Source: an uncultured Phycisphaerales bacterium (lineage in GTDB: Bacteria; Planctomycetota; Phycisphaerae; Tepidisphaerales; Tepidisphaeraceae). Taken from it: 64,000 nt of DNA. The stretch's first letter is position 1, and each line of letters starts with the position of its first letter. The notes under the pieces were generated by a model. It was not told where the DNA came from and did not search any database. It saw nothing but the letters and a program-made list of their open reading frames with translations. The translations under genes were made by a program, and so were the position numbers. The stretch covers positions 512,001-576,000 of the forward strand of contig CAVWVQ010000003.1 in NCBI GenBank assembly GCA_963758525.1. The letters run 5' to 3'. Shown here in pieces: positions 27,526-37,194 of this stretch.

Positions 27526-29039
27526 ATGGCAGATTCTGCTGCACCAACCAGCGACCTCGTCGCCCCGGAAACGCTCAAGGGTTTTCAAGACCTTTTGCCG
27601 CGGGAGATGATTCTGCGCAACAGCGTCGTCCGCAAGATCCAGGCGGTCTATGAGAAATTCGGCTTCCTGCCGATCGATACTCCTGCCCTGGAATACCTCG
27701 CGACGCTCATCGGAACCGGCGGCGACGAGACGAATAAATCGCTGTTCCGCCTGGAGAGCCCCGAGGCGGATCAGATCGCGATGCGGTTCGATCTGACGGT
27801 GCCATTCGCCCGGCTGATCGCGCAATATCCGGACAAGCTCACGCTGCCGTTCCGGCGGTATCACATCGGGCCGGTGTTTCGGGTGGACAAGCCGGGGCCT
27901 GGGCGTTTTCGGCAGTTTACGCAGTTCGATATCGACGCGGCCGGGTCGAAGAACATTGCCGTTGACGGAGAGATCGTTGCAGCCATGACCGAGGCGTTGC
28001 GCTCCGTCGGCTTCAGCAATGATGCCACCGCAGACGCGAAGCGGCGGTTTGAGATTCGCGTCAACAACCGCAAACTGATGGATGCGGCGCTGCTCGACGC
28101 CGACATCTCCAGCCCGCAGACCGCGACGCACGTGCTGCGCGTGATCGACAAGCTGCTGAAGGTTGGCGTGGACAATATTCGCCGCGAGCTGGGGGAGGGA
28201 CGAACTGATGAATCGGGCGACCGCATCCGCGGCGTTGGCCTTTCGCCTGCAGTGATCGACAGGGTGCTCGCCTTTATCGATATCCGCGGCACGTCGCGCC
28301 ATGAAGTGGTGGAGCAACTGCGAAAGAAGCTTTCCGATTCGGAAGCCAGCCGCGAGGCGCTGCTCCAGATGGAGCAGTTGAGCGGCGCGCTGGACAATCT
28401 TGGAGTGAGCGAAAGCGAAGCGGTGTTCGATCCGAGTCTCGCCCGCGGGCTGGATTATTACACCGGGCCGGTATTCGAGGCATGGCTGCCGGGCGCGCCG
28501 GAATTCGGCTCGATCATGGGCGGGGGCGCTACGACGGTCTGGTGAAGCGCTTCTCAAATCTCGCGATCCCCGCAACGGGCGCGTCGATCGGCATCGATCG
28601 ATTCCTGGCTGCCGTCAGCGCGCTGGGAATTGCGGACGCTCCCGCGACGACGGTCAAGGTGCTGGTGATCGCGATGGCGGGCATGCCGGTCGGCCCCCTG
28701 CTGGCAATTGCCTCCGAGCTTCGCCGCGCCGAGATTGCCACGCAGCTATTCTTCCCGCCTGATGTGGAGGGGCCGGGCATCGCCAATAAGACCTCCATGA
28801 AAAAGCAGATGTCGTACGCCAATGCCGCGGGGATTCCGGTTGCGATCATCGTCGGTGAAAATGAGATTGCCGCGGGGCAGGTTTCAATCAAGGATCTCGA
28901 CGCGGGCAAGGAGCAGCGCGCGGGCATCAGCGGTCGTGACGAGTACAAGGAAGCCGGCAAAAGCGGTCAGGTCACCGTCGCCCGCGGCGACATGATTCGC
29001 ATCGTTCGCGAAATGCTGGGGGCGGCATCTGGACGCTAA
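27526..29039 (+). CDS. hisS: Histidine--tRNA ligase, alphaproteobacterial-like type (one apparent 1-nt deletion in a G run near 28522)
   Basis: KGFQD, MRFDLTVPFAR, motif 2 FRVDKPGPGRFRQFTQFDID, insertion LGEGRTDESGDRIRGVGL, RGLDYYTGPVFE, GGGRYDGLV..F....PATGASIGIDR, anticodon-binding domain KKQMSYAN...IIVGENE. Confidence 0.95.
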
Positions 29040-29068
29040 TAACCGGTGCGTAAGCAGCGGGAGCCGGC

Positions 29069-29332
29069 GTGGCAAAGAAGAATCGCAATAAGCCGCTCAC
29101 TTCGCGCACGCTCGACGGGGAGGCTTACCGCAAGGGGGCGCTGGAGCGGCTCGACGACGCGGGTCACCTTTTGCGTCATGAACGCCTCGGGGATGCAGTC
29201 TACCTTGCCGGACGCGCTGTCGAGGGAATGCTCCGAGCGGTGATCTGGTACCACGATGATCTTTGTCTGTGTCGTAGAGGAATCTCAAAAGACCACGACT
29301 CCGTTCGAGCTTCGGCTGTGAATGGCGTATAA
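29069..29332 (+). pseudogene. HEPN-like protein N-terminal fragment
   Basis: ALERLDDAGHLL....DAVYLAGRAVEGMLRAVI resembles the HEPN N-terminal helices (AxYLAGYAVECxLKA). Similarity stops after ~60 aa. Confidence 0.55.
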
Positions 29333-29360
29333 TTCGCCCTCCGACAGGGAGTCGTCACCA

Positions 29361-32060
29361 ATGCCGCGGGCTGCTTTGCGCATCTTGCTTTTCACGGGCG
29401 TCACCACCGCGATGGGATGCGCGTCACATGGGACACAGCCGGCCGTAACGCAGGCAGCCCCGATTGTGATCGTACCGGGTCCCACCCCGCGCCCGTCGAA
29501 CATTCGCGCCGAGATCCCTCTCGATCAGGTTCCGCCGCGCCCGAGCCTGGCTTCGCCTGCGTCACCGAGCACGTCGAATCCGCCGCCCATCGAGGCGGTT
29601 CGGGACTTCGCGCAGGCGCGCATCGCGATGCTCGACAACGAGCGGTACACCGCGATCAATCTCCTCGAAAGGGCAGTCGCGCTCGATCCGGACAGCTTCG
29701 AGCTCAATGAAACCCTCGGCACGCTCTATCAAGGGAATGCCACGTCTGACGAGAGATCGATCGATGCGTTCGAGCGTGCCGCCGCGATCGATCCGGATCA
29801 TCTGGAACTGCAGATCAATCTGGGGCGACAATATCTGGCCAGCGGAAAGACATCGCTGGGCACCCGGCATCTTCTGCTGGCGCTGCAAACCACTGATTAT
29901 GAGCGCGACGAGCCATCGGCAGCCGAGTTGGAGCTTTTCCTCTCAAACGCCCTTTCTCAGCAAGGCTATGCTCGCGCTGCGGTCACGCTGCTGGAGCGAT
30001 TATCGGTGCGGCTGAGCAGCCCGAGCATGGGAATGCGAGCCCGCCCGGCGATGCTGCTCCTGCTCGAACATCCCGAGGGGATCACGCTCCAGATCGGAAT
30101 TCTCCAGCAAAAACGCGGTCGATATGCCGAGGCGCTGGCGGCGTACCAGGAAGTGCTGCAACGCGATCCTGGGAATGTGGAAGCGCAAGGGCGTGCCATC
30201 GAAACCCTGGCGGCCCTGGGCCGGCATGACGACGCGGCCGAACGCGCCGCCGATCTGGTCGTGAAATCGCAGGCGCGCGAGCCCTCTCTATCGCTGCTCC
30301 GCGACTCGCTTCGCAACGCCGGCGGCGATCTGGCGGTCTGCGATCTGCTGGGCCGCCTGTATCAACAACATCCGAAGATCCGCCAGCTCCTGTTCGCACG
30401 GCTCGACCTGCTGCATGCGATGGGAAAGTCCGATGACGCCGCGCGGGCGCTGGCCGACGCGACGGCAGCACATCCAGACGATCTGGAGCTCTCGGCGCAT
30501 CAGTTCCACGCGCTGGCCGACCGCGGCGATCGCGCCGGCGCCGCCCGCCTGCTGATCGGCGATACCGCCCGCCATCCTGAGTGGACTGCAGAAGCGGTTC
30601 AACTTTTTGAGGAACTGCTGCAGCCTACCTCCACCGGCCGGCTGAAGCTCGAAGATCTTCGCGGGTTGAAGCTGGATCGATCGGAAGAACCGGCCCGGCT
30701 CTATTGGATCGCGCGCTGGGCGACCAACTGGCATCGCGACGGCATCGCCCGCCAGTCGATCGAGCAGGCAGTCGCCGCGGCCCCCGTTTTTGCTCCCGCG
30801 TACCGGGATCAATTGGAATTCATTTTCTCCCAGCTTCAGGGTGCGCCAACCACCAATCCTTCCGCTGATGCACTGGCCCGGCGGGCGGCGGAGAGCAACC
30901 GATCTCTCGGAGCCGAGTTGGGGGGACTGATTCTGCTGCGGCTGAATCAACCTGCCGAGGCGTTGCAGCAACTTGCCGCCGCCGCGAAGGGCAACCCCAA
31001 CGACGCGCAGCTCGCGCTCGAGTACGCCGAGACAAACAGCGCCAACGGCGACGATCCCGGTTTCGAATCGGCGATGTGGAAGCTGCTCAGCGACCATCCG
31101 ACGTATGACGATGGATATCTCACGCTCTACACCTATTACGTCGCGCGCGGGTCGGAGGCGATGGACGACCGGGTCCTTTCGACCTGGCTCGCGGCGGAGC
31201 CGGACAGCGTCGGCGCGCTGCGGCTGCAGGCGCGCGACTACTTCCGCGCCAATCGTTCTGACGCCGCCGAGGCGATTCTGCTGCGGCTTTTGAACACCCG
31301 CGGAGATGATCCGCAAGTTGTGAGCGGTGTATCGGCATTCTATGCCCAGACTGGCAAACCGGAGGGGCTGCCGAAGACGCTCGAAGATCGGCTGGCGCGC
31401 GATCCTGGAAATTTCGCAGCCGTCTCGGCGCTGGCGCAGCTGTACGTGGATGCGCACAGACACTCCGATGCATCGCGTGTGCTCGACTCCTCTCGCAAAT
31501 ACGAGGCGCATGATCCGGACGTGCTTTACATTCTTTCTGGGCAGTACATCGAGAACGATCAGAAGGATGTCGCCGAGGAGGTGCTGCGCCAGGTGCTGGC
31601 AGTCGATCCGACGCACGCCGGAGCCGCGAACGATCTGGGATATTTCCTGACCGAGGAGGGGCGACAACTGCCCGAGGCCGAGGCGTTGATCCGCCGGGCG
31701 GTGGAGGCCGAGCCGTTCAATGCGTCCTTTCTCGACAGCATGGGGTGGGTCCTGTACAAACTGGGCCGATTTGCCGAAGCGCAGAAATATCTTGAGCACG
31801 CCGCCGGCGCGGAAGCCGACCCGGTTGTGTTGAATCATCTGGGTGACGATCAGTATCGTCTGGGCGACAAAGACGCCGCGTCGAAGAGCTGGAAGCAGGC
31901 GGGGGAGCGCCTGCTGGCGGCGGGCGACGGCCGCGAAGATTTGAAGGGTCTGCAGCAGCAGCTTCTGCAGAAGCAGCAGCAGTTGGACTCGGGCCGGCCG
32001 GTCGATGTCGCGCCAGCGACCCAGCCGGCCGCGACACAGCCGCAGGCGAAAGGGCAGTGA
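29361..32060 (+). CDS. Large TPR-repeat lipoprotein
   Basis: Lipobox-like LLFTGVTTAMGC; many TPR-like helices; C-terminal ANDLGY...A...IRRAV..EP.N...LDSMGWVLYKLG...HLGD. Confidence 0.85.
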   Translation: MPRAALRILLFTGVTTAMGCASHGTQPAVTQAAPIVIVPGPTPRPSNIRAEIPLDQVPPRPSLASPASPSTSNPPPIEAVRDFAQARIAMLDNERYTAINLLERAVALDPDSFELNETLGTLYQGNATSDERSIDAFERAAAIDPDHLELQINLGRQYLASGKTSLGTRHLLLALQTTDYERDEPSAAELELFLSNALSQQGYARAAVTLLERLSVRLSSPSMGMRARPAMLLLLEHPEGITLQIGILQQKRGRYAEALAAYQEVLQRDPGNVEAQGRAIETLAALGRHDDAAERAADLVVKSQAREPSLSLLRDSLRNAGGDLAVCDLLGRLYQQHPKIRQLLFARLDLLHAMGKSDDAARALADATAAHPDDLELSAHQFHALADRGDRAGAARLLIGDTARHPEWTAEAVQLFEELLQPTSTGRLKLEDLRGLKLDRSEEPARLYWIARWATNWHRDGIARQSIEQAVAAAPVFAPAYRDQLEFIFSQLQGAPTTNPSADALARRAAESNRSLGAELGGLILLRLNQPAEALQQLAAAAKGNPNDAQLALEYAETNSANGDDPGFESAMWKLLSDHPTYDDGYLTLYTYYVARGSEAMDDRVLSTWLAAEPDSVGALRLQARDYFRANRSDAAEAILLRLLNTRGDDPQVVSGVSAFYAQTGKPEGLPKTLEDRLARDPGNFAAVSALAQLYVDAHRHSDASRVLDSSRKYEAHDPDVLYILSGQYIENDQKDVAEEVLRQVLAVDPTHAGAANDLGYFLTEEGRQLPEAEALIRRAVEAEPFNASFLDSMGWVLYKLGRFAEAQKYLEHAAGAEADPVVLNHLGDDQYRLGDKDAASKSWKQAGERLLAAGDGREDLKGLQQQLLQKQQQLDSGRPVDVAPATQPAATQPQAKGQ

Positions 32061-32066
32061 GGAGAC

Positions 32067-32165
32067 TTGAGATCTCAAATTTGAAATTTTGAATCTCAGA
32101 TTTGAAATCTCAAATCTGAGAGATGTCTGATATCCGAATTTGAGATCTCAGATTTGAGATTTCTG
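32067..32165. repeat. GATTTGA/TCTCAAA-type heptamer array with inverted segments
   Basis: TTGAGATCTCAAATTTGAAATTTTGAATCTCAGATTTGAAATCTCAAATCTGAG...GATTTGAGATTT. Confidence 0.75.
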
Positions 32166-32185
32166 AACGATTCTGGCGGAAGCAC

Positions 32186-32911
32186 ATGGCAGGTCACAGT
32201 CACTGGTCAAAAATCAAGCGTGCCAAGGGCGCCACCGACGCGAAGCGCGGCAAGGTCTGGAGCAAGCTGGCGCGCAAGATCATCATCGCCGCCAAGGGCG
32301 GCGGCGACCCGCGCGACAACCTTTCTCTGCGCTACACGATCGACGAAGCCAAAGCCGCCAACATGCCCAAGGACACGATCGAGAAAGCAATCCTGAAAGG
32401 GACGGGCGAACTGGGCGGCGAGAACTATGAGGCGGCGGTCTACGAGGGCTACGCGACCGGGGGTGTTGCGATCCTCATCGACGTGCTGACCAACAACCGC
32501 GCCCGTACTGCTCCGGAGATGCGCGAGATTTTCGAGCGCAACGGCGGAAACTTCGGGGCCAGCGGCTCGGTGTCGTTCCAATTCACGCGCCAGGGAATCA
32601 TCGCGATCAAAGCCGACGCCATCGAAGAGGACGCGCTGATTGAAGCCGCGCTCGATGCCGGAGCCGACGACGTGAAAAACCAGGGTGAAGTGTATGAGGT
32701 GCTCACGACACCGACGGCATTTCACAAAGTGAAAGAAGCACTTGCCGCCGCCGCGATCCCGATCGAAGCGGCGGAGATCACGAACTTGCCGACAACCACG
32801 GTTCCCATCGAAGGCGAAGCCGCCCAGAAGCTCCTGAAATTGATCGATGCGCTGGAAGACAACGATGACGTGCAGAACGTTTCACATAATGGGGAAATAG
32901 CCGAGGGATAG
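32186..32911 (+). CDS. yebC: YebC/PmpR family protein
   Basis: MAGHSHWSKIKRAKG..DAKRGK, NMPKDTIEKAI, YEGY..GGVA, TNNRART, LEDNDDVQNV. Confidence 0.95.
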   Translation: MAGHSHWSKIKRAKGATDAKRGKVWSKLARKIIIAAKGGGDPRDNLSLRYTIDEAKAANMPKDTIEKAILKGTGELGGENYEAAVYEGYATGGVAILIDVLTNNRARTAPEMREIFERNGGNFGASGSVSFQFTRQGIIAIKADAIEEDALIEAALDAGADDVKNQGEVYEVLTTPTAFHKVKEALAAAAIPIEAAEITNLPTTTVPIEGEAAQKLLKLIDALEDNDDVQNVSHNGEIAEG

Positions 32912-32922
32912 GGCTGGAGGCA

Positions 32923-33152
32923 GAAGCCAGAAGCCAGGAGCCGGGAGCCAGAAGTCAGAAGTCAGAATTCGGATGGAGCACGGACTGTCATCGAATCTGC
33001 AGCGCTTTGTTCCCCTCTGGCTCTTTACTTCTTGCTCCTGGCTCCTGGCTTCTGACTCCTGGCTCCTGGCTCCTGGCTCCTGGCTCCTGGCTCCTGGCTT
33101 CTGGCTCCTGGCTTCTTCGCTTCTGGCTCCTGGCTTCTGACTCCTTGGCTTC
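32923..33152. repeat. Inverted heptamer arrays (G(A/G)AG(C/T)CA / TGGCT(C/T)C) between convergent genes
   Basis: About 6 GAAGCCA/GGAGCCA/GAAGTCA units at 32923-32965 facing more than 12 TGGCTCC/TGGCTTC units at ~33035-33150. Confidence 0.85.
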
Positions 33153-33157
33153 TCGCT

Positions 33158-33550
33158 TCACGATCCCGACGCATTCCGCACAAACAGCGCGAGCAGCTCG
33201 CCGCGACTGCAGACTTTGTAGTGGCGGTACAGGCGCTTGACGTACACATGAACCGTGTGCGGGCTCACACCAAGATGCCGCGCGATCTGCTTCTCGCTGT
33301 CTCCGACAAGGAGCCGGCCCAGCGTCTGACGCAAACGGGGGGAAAGCGATGCGCCAGGCCCCTGATAAGCCTTGCTGGAATAATGGCTCCCAAGCAGACG
33401 GCAGATCTCCGCCAGCAGGCGGCGGCGATGCTCGACCGAGTCGGTGAGCGGATCGGCAGAGTGTGTCATCAGACGCACGATGCCGACCATGTTTCCCAAA
33501 CGCCCTGATCGTGCGCGCGCCATAACGACACTCCCGCGAGCTTCTCCCAC
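33158..33550 (-). CDS. Small LuxR-type HTH transcriptional regulator (start uncertain)
   Basis: LSPRLRQTL..LL.GDSEKQIARHLGVSPHTVHVYVKRLY....V.SRGELLA. Confidence 0.8.
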   Translation of the reverse strand: MGEARGSVVMARARSGRLGNMVGIVRLMTHSADPLTDSVEHRRRLLAEICRLLGSHYSSKAYQGPGASLSPRLRQTLGRLLVGDSEKQIARHLGVSPHTVHVYVKRLYRHYKVCSRGELLALFVRNASGS

Positions 33551-33567
33551 GCGACAATCATTTCCCT

Positions 33568-35070
33568 TTAGAAACCGTTCTGGGCGATCTCCACCGCCTT
33601 GAGCATCGCCATCGCTTTGCTCATCGTCTCTTCAAATTCCGCCGCGGGGACGGAATCTGCGACAACGCCGGCTCCCGCCTGCACATCGAACACCCCGTTC
33701 TTCCATACGATCGTCCGCAGGGCGATGCAGATATCCATATTTCCCGCGAAGTCCACGTATCCGACCCCCCCGCCGTATGGCCCGCGCCGGGTGGGCTCCA
33801 ATTCGTCAATGATCTGCATGGCGCGAATTTTCGGCGCGCCGCTCACCGTGCCGACCGGCAGCGAAACTCGCAGCGCGTCAAACGCCGTCATTCCTTCGGC
33901 AAGCTCGCCCGACACGTTGGTCGTGATGTGCATCACATGGCTGTACCGCTCGACACTCATCACGTCATCGACCTTCACCGACCCGACGCGCGAGACGCGA
34001 CCCACATCGTTGCGATGCAGATCGACCAGCATGATGTGCTCGGCCCGCTCCTTCGGATCGGCCAGCAGCTCGGCTTCGAGCGCCTTGTCTTCTGCCGGCG
34101 TGGCCCCGCGGCGCCGGGTTCCCGCCAACGGGCGGCTGGTCACCTTTGCGTCTTCCACCCGGCAGAGAATCTCGGGGCTGGAGCCGATCAGCGTGCACTG
34201 CGGGCTCTTGAGATAAAACATGAACGGCGACGGATTGATGATCCGCAGCGCGCGGTAGACATCAAATGGATCGGCCGAGCTTGGCACGCGCAATCGCTGG
34301 CTCGGCACGAACTGGAAGATGTCGCCGGCGCGGATGTATTCCTGGCCCTTGCGGATGGCTGACTCAAAATCCTCTTTCGAAAAGTTGCTCTCGAATTGAA
34401 GCGTCACCGGGCCGCGCGGATCGATCTCCCCCACCGCCGACAACGGAGGCTGCTGCAGGCGCTGCACCACGGCATCGACACGCCGGCACGCATCGCGATA
34501 CGCCGCCTCCGGACCCGCTGGGCCCATTTGGGCGTTGGCGACCACCTTGATCGTCTTGTCCACATGATCGAAAATCACCATCTCGTTGTAGAGGCCAAAG
34601 AGCAGATCGGGCAGCCGGCGATCATCCCGCGGAGCGCCGGCGAGCTTTTCGCTCTCGTAATAGCGTGCCGTGTCATACCCGGCGTAACCCACCAGGCCTC
34701 CGGTGAACGCAGGAAGGTTCTTGTCCTGGTGATACTTCCTGCCGGGAAGGAGCCCCGCGAGATCCGCCAGCGGATCGGTGGTTTCAAACTCCCGCGCCGG
34801 CTGAAACGCGTCTCCGCTCCAGATCGCGGCCCTTTTTCCCGCCGCCTGGTAGACGAGAGACGGCGCGGTGGCGATAAAGCTGTAGCGGGCGATCTTTTCG
34901 CCCCCGACGACGCTCTCGAGGAGAAACGAATGCGGGTCCCGGCCCAGAACCTCAAAAGCGCTGACCGGTGTGAGCCGGTCGCCCAGAAGTTGCCGATAGA
35001 CCGGAATGATCTGCGCCCCGGCTTGTGCCGCGGATGCAAACGCCGCTGAATCAGGAAAGTACCGCCTCAT
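33568..35070 (-). CDS. trpE: Anthranilate synthase component I
   Basis: D.LTPVSAF, FLLESV.GGE..ARYSF, GDIFQFVPSQR, NPSPFMFY, RPLAGTRRRG, KERAEHIMLVDL.RND, GTVSGAPKIRAMQII. Confidence 0.93.
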   Translation of the reverse strand: MRRYFPDSAAFASAAQAGAQIIPVYRQLLGDRLTPVSAFEVLGRDPHSFLLESVVGGEKIARYSFIATAPSLVYQAAGKRAAIWSGDAFQPAREFETTDPLADLAGLLPGRKYHQDKNLPAFTGGLVGYAGYDTARYYESEKLAGAPRDDRRLPDLLFGLYNEMVIFDHVDKTIKVVANAQMGPAGPEAAYRDACRRVDAVVQRLQQPPLSAVGEIDPRGPVTLQFESNFSKEDFESAIRKGQEYIRAGDIFQFVPSQRLRVPSSADPFDVYRALRIINPSPFMFYLKSPQCTLIGSSPEILCRVEDAKVTSRPLAGTRRRGATPAEDKALEAELLADPKERAEHIMLVDLHRNDVGRVSRVGSVKVDDVMSVERYSHVMHITTNVSGELAEGMTAFDALRVSLPVGTVSGAPKIRAMQIIDELEPTRRGPYGGGVGYVDFAGNMDICIALRTIVWKNGVFDVQAGAGVVADSVPAAEFEETMSKAMAMLKAVEIAQNGF

Positions 35071-35090
35071 TGGTGGCGGATTGTAGTCCG

Positions 35091-35453
35091 ATGCCGTTTG
35101 AAATCACCACCACGCGAACGTTCAGCGCCTCCCACCAGCTTCGGCTCTACGACGGGTCGCTCGAACCGCTGCACGGACACAACTGGCGGGTGTGCGTCCG
35201 GGTTTGTGCGGCAAAGCTGGATGCAATCGGCGTCGTCATGGACTTTCACGACCTGGAACGCCGCCTGAATTTGATCGTGGAACCCCTCCACAACCGCCAT
35301 TTGAACGATGTTTCACCCTTCGATCGGCAAAATCCGTCCGCCGAGCAGGTGGCTTTGCACATTGGGTCGAGCTTGACTCTGCCCGATGGTGTAAAGACGC
35401 TCAGCGTTGAGGTTTGGGAGACCGACGAGAACTCGGCGGTTTATCGGGCATAA
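35091..35453 (+). CDS. 6-pyruvoyl-tetrahydropterin synthase family protein with an ExLHGH (PTPS-III-like) motif
   Basis: FSASHQL....LEPLHGHNWRV, G.VMDF, NPSAE, VWET. No Cys in the CxxxHGH position. Confidence 0.85.
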   Translation: MPFEITTTRTFSASHQLRLYDGSLEPLHGHNWRVCVRVCAAKLDAIGVVMDFHDLERRLNLIVEPLHNRHLNDVSPFDRQNPSAEQVALHIGSSLTLPDGVKTLSVEVWETDENSAVYRA

Positions 35454-35530
35454 GATCAGCCATACGTTGACGCTGCGGACACGGAGAAATAACATTGTCG
35501 GCGATAGCGCGCCGGGTGAGGCTGGCTGAG

Positions 35531-36025
35531 ATGAAATGTGACAACTGCAATAAGAACGCCACCGTCCATCTGACCGAGGTGCAGGGCGGCAAGCGCGTGG
35601 AGAAACATCTCTGCGAGCAATGCGCCCAGCAGGCGGAGGGCATTCCGGTCAAGAGCAACATGCCGATCAACGAACTGCTGACCAACTTCGTGATGGCCCA
35701 CTCAGGACTGCAGAAGGAGACCGGCACCGGATGCGATCAGTGCGGCATCACCTGGGCGGAATTCCGTCAGAGCGGGTTGCTGGGGTGCCAGCACGATTAC
35801 ACCGTTTTTGAGAAGGACCTCACGCCGCTGCTGCAACGCGCGCATGAGAATGCGACGCATCATCTCGGCAAGGTTCCCGCACGGCACGGGGGAAGCGGAG
35901 TGCCGATGAAACGCCAGGTGGATCTCACGCGTCTTCGCAAGGAATTGGCAAAGGCCGTCGAGGGGGAGGATTACGAACGCGCCGCCAAGCTGCGCGACCA
36001 AATCCGTCAGGCGGAAGCATCATGA
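35531..36025 (+). CDS. mcsA: McsA (CxxC motifs plus UvrB/UvrC motif), activator of McsB
   Basis: MKCDNC..NATVHLT, HLCEQCA, CDQCG.T..EF...GLLGC, H.GKVP, EDYERAAKLRDQI. Confidence 0.9.
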   Translation: MKCDNCNKNATVHLTEVQGGKRVEKHLCEQCAQQAEGIPVKSNMPINELLTNFVMAHSGLQKETGTGCDQCGITWAEFRQSGLLGCQHDYTVFEKDLTPLLQRAHENATHHLGKVPARHGGSGVPMKRQVDLTRLRKELAKAVEGEDYERAAKLRDQIRQAEAS

Positions 36026-37079
36026 TGAAGATCAGCGATCTGACCAGCCGTGCGGGCGAGTGGTTACGCGGGAACGGGCCGATGAGCGAGATCGTCATCT
36101 CCTCCCGCATCCGGCTGGCACGCAACGTCTCGGGCTTCCCGTTTCTCACGCGATGCACGCGCCACCAGCGGCAGCAGCTCGAGACGCGCATCCGCGAAAC
36201 CGTCCTGGGCGCGAATATCGCGCCGCAGGTCCTGTATGTCGATCTGGAGGCAGCGCCGGAGGTCGATCGCAATCTGCTGGTGGAGCGCCACCTGATCAGC
36301 AAGCCCCACGCTGCCGCCGAGGGGGCACGCGGGGTGGCTGTCGCGGAGAACGAAACCATCTCCATCATGGTGAACGAAGAGGATCACCTTCGGATTCAGG
36401 TGCTGCGCAGCGGGCTGCAATTGGAAGAGGCATGGGAGCAGATCAACAAGGTGGACGATCAGCTCGAATCGCAGCTCGACTGGGCGTTCCATCCACGATT
36501 CGGCTACCTGACCGCCTGCCCCACCAACGTCGGCACCGGCATCCGCGTCAGCGTGATGCTGCACCTCCCGGCGCTGAAGCTGACCGGTGAGATTGAAAAG
36601 GTGTTCCGCGCCGCCAAGGAAATGCGCCTCGCCGTTCGCGGACTGTATGGCGAAGGAACCGAAGCCACCGGCGATTTCTATCAGATCAGCAATCAAACCA
36701 CGCTCGGCAAAAGCGAAGACGACATCATCAGCGACTTCAAGCATGTCGTGATCCCCAAGATCATCGAATACGAGCACGTCGCCCGCCGAACGCTTCTCAG
36801 CGACCGGACCGTCGCGCTGGACGATAAAGTCGCCCGGCGCTTGGCGTGCTTCGCTCCGCTCGGCTCATCGCCAGCGAAGAAACACTGCTGCTGCTGAGCC
36901 ATCTCCGCATGGGCGTTCACATGGGCCGCGTCAAAGACATCGACATGCGGACGATCAACGAATTATTCCTGCTCACCCAGCCCGCGCATCTGCAAAAGCT
37001 GCACGGCCGCAAGCTCGACGGCGACATGCGCCGGGCGATCCGCGCCGATTATATTCGCCAGCGGCTGGGGGGGAATTAG
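36022..37079 (+). CDS. mcsB: Protein arginine kinase McsB (one apparent 1-nt deletion near 36836)
   Basis: ISSRIRLARN, MVNEEDHLRIQ, GYLTACPTNVGTG, VRGLYGEG, YQISNQ.TLG; next frame LLSHLRMG...TQPAHLQ...RADYIR. Confidence 0.93.
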
Positions 37080-37085
37080 TAGTTA

Positions 37086-37160
37086 GGGTTCAGGGTGTCA
37101 GGGTTCAGGGTGTCAGGGTTCAGGGTGTCAGGGTTCAGGGTGTCAGGGTTCAGGGTTCAG
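37086..37160. repeat. Tandem 15-mer (GGGTTCAGGGTGTCA)x4 plus GGGTTCA units
   Basis: Directly visible between convergent mcsB and Uma2 genes. Confidence 0.88.
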
Positions 37161-37194
37161 GAGCAGATCGCGTTTCTCCAAAGTTCATCCATGT

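Noticed and set aside
17859..29039. nusA, hisG and hisS as pseudogenes or programmed frameshifts
   Set aside because: These are essential or conserved genes with intact motifs on both sides of single-base breaks and no consistent slippery-site pattern; sequencing error is more parsimonious.
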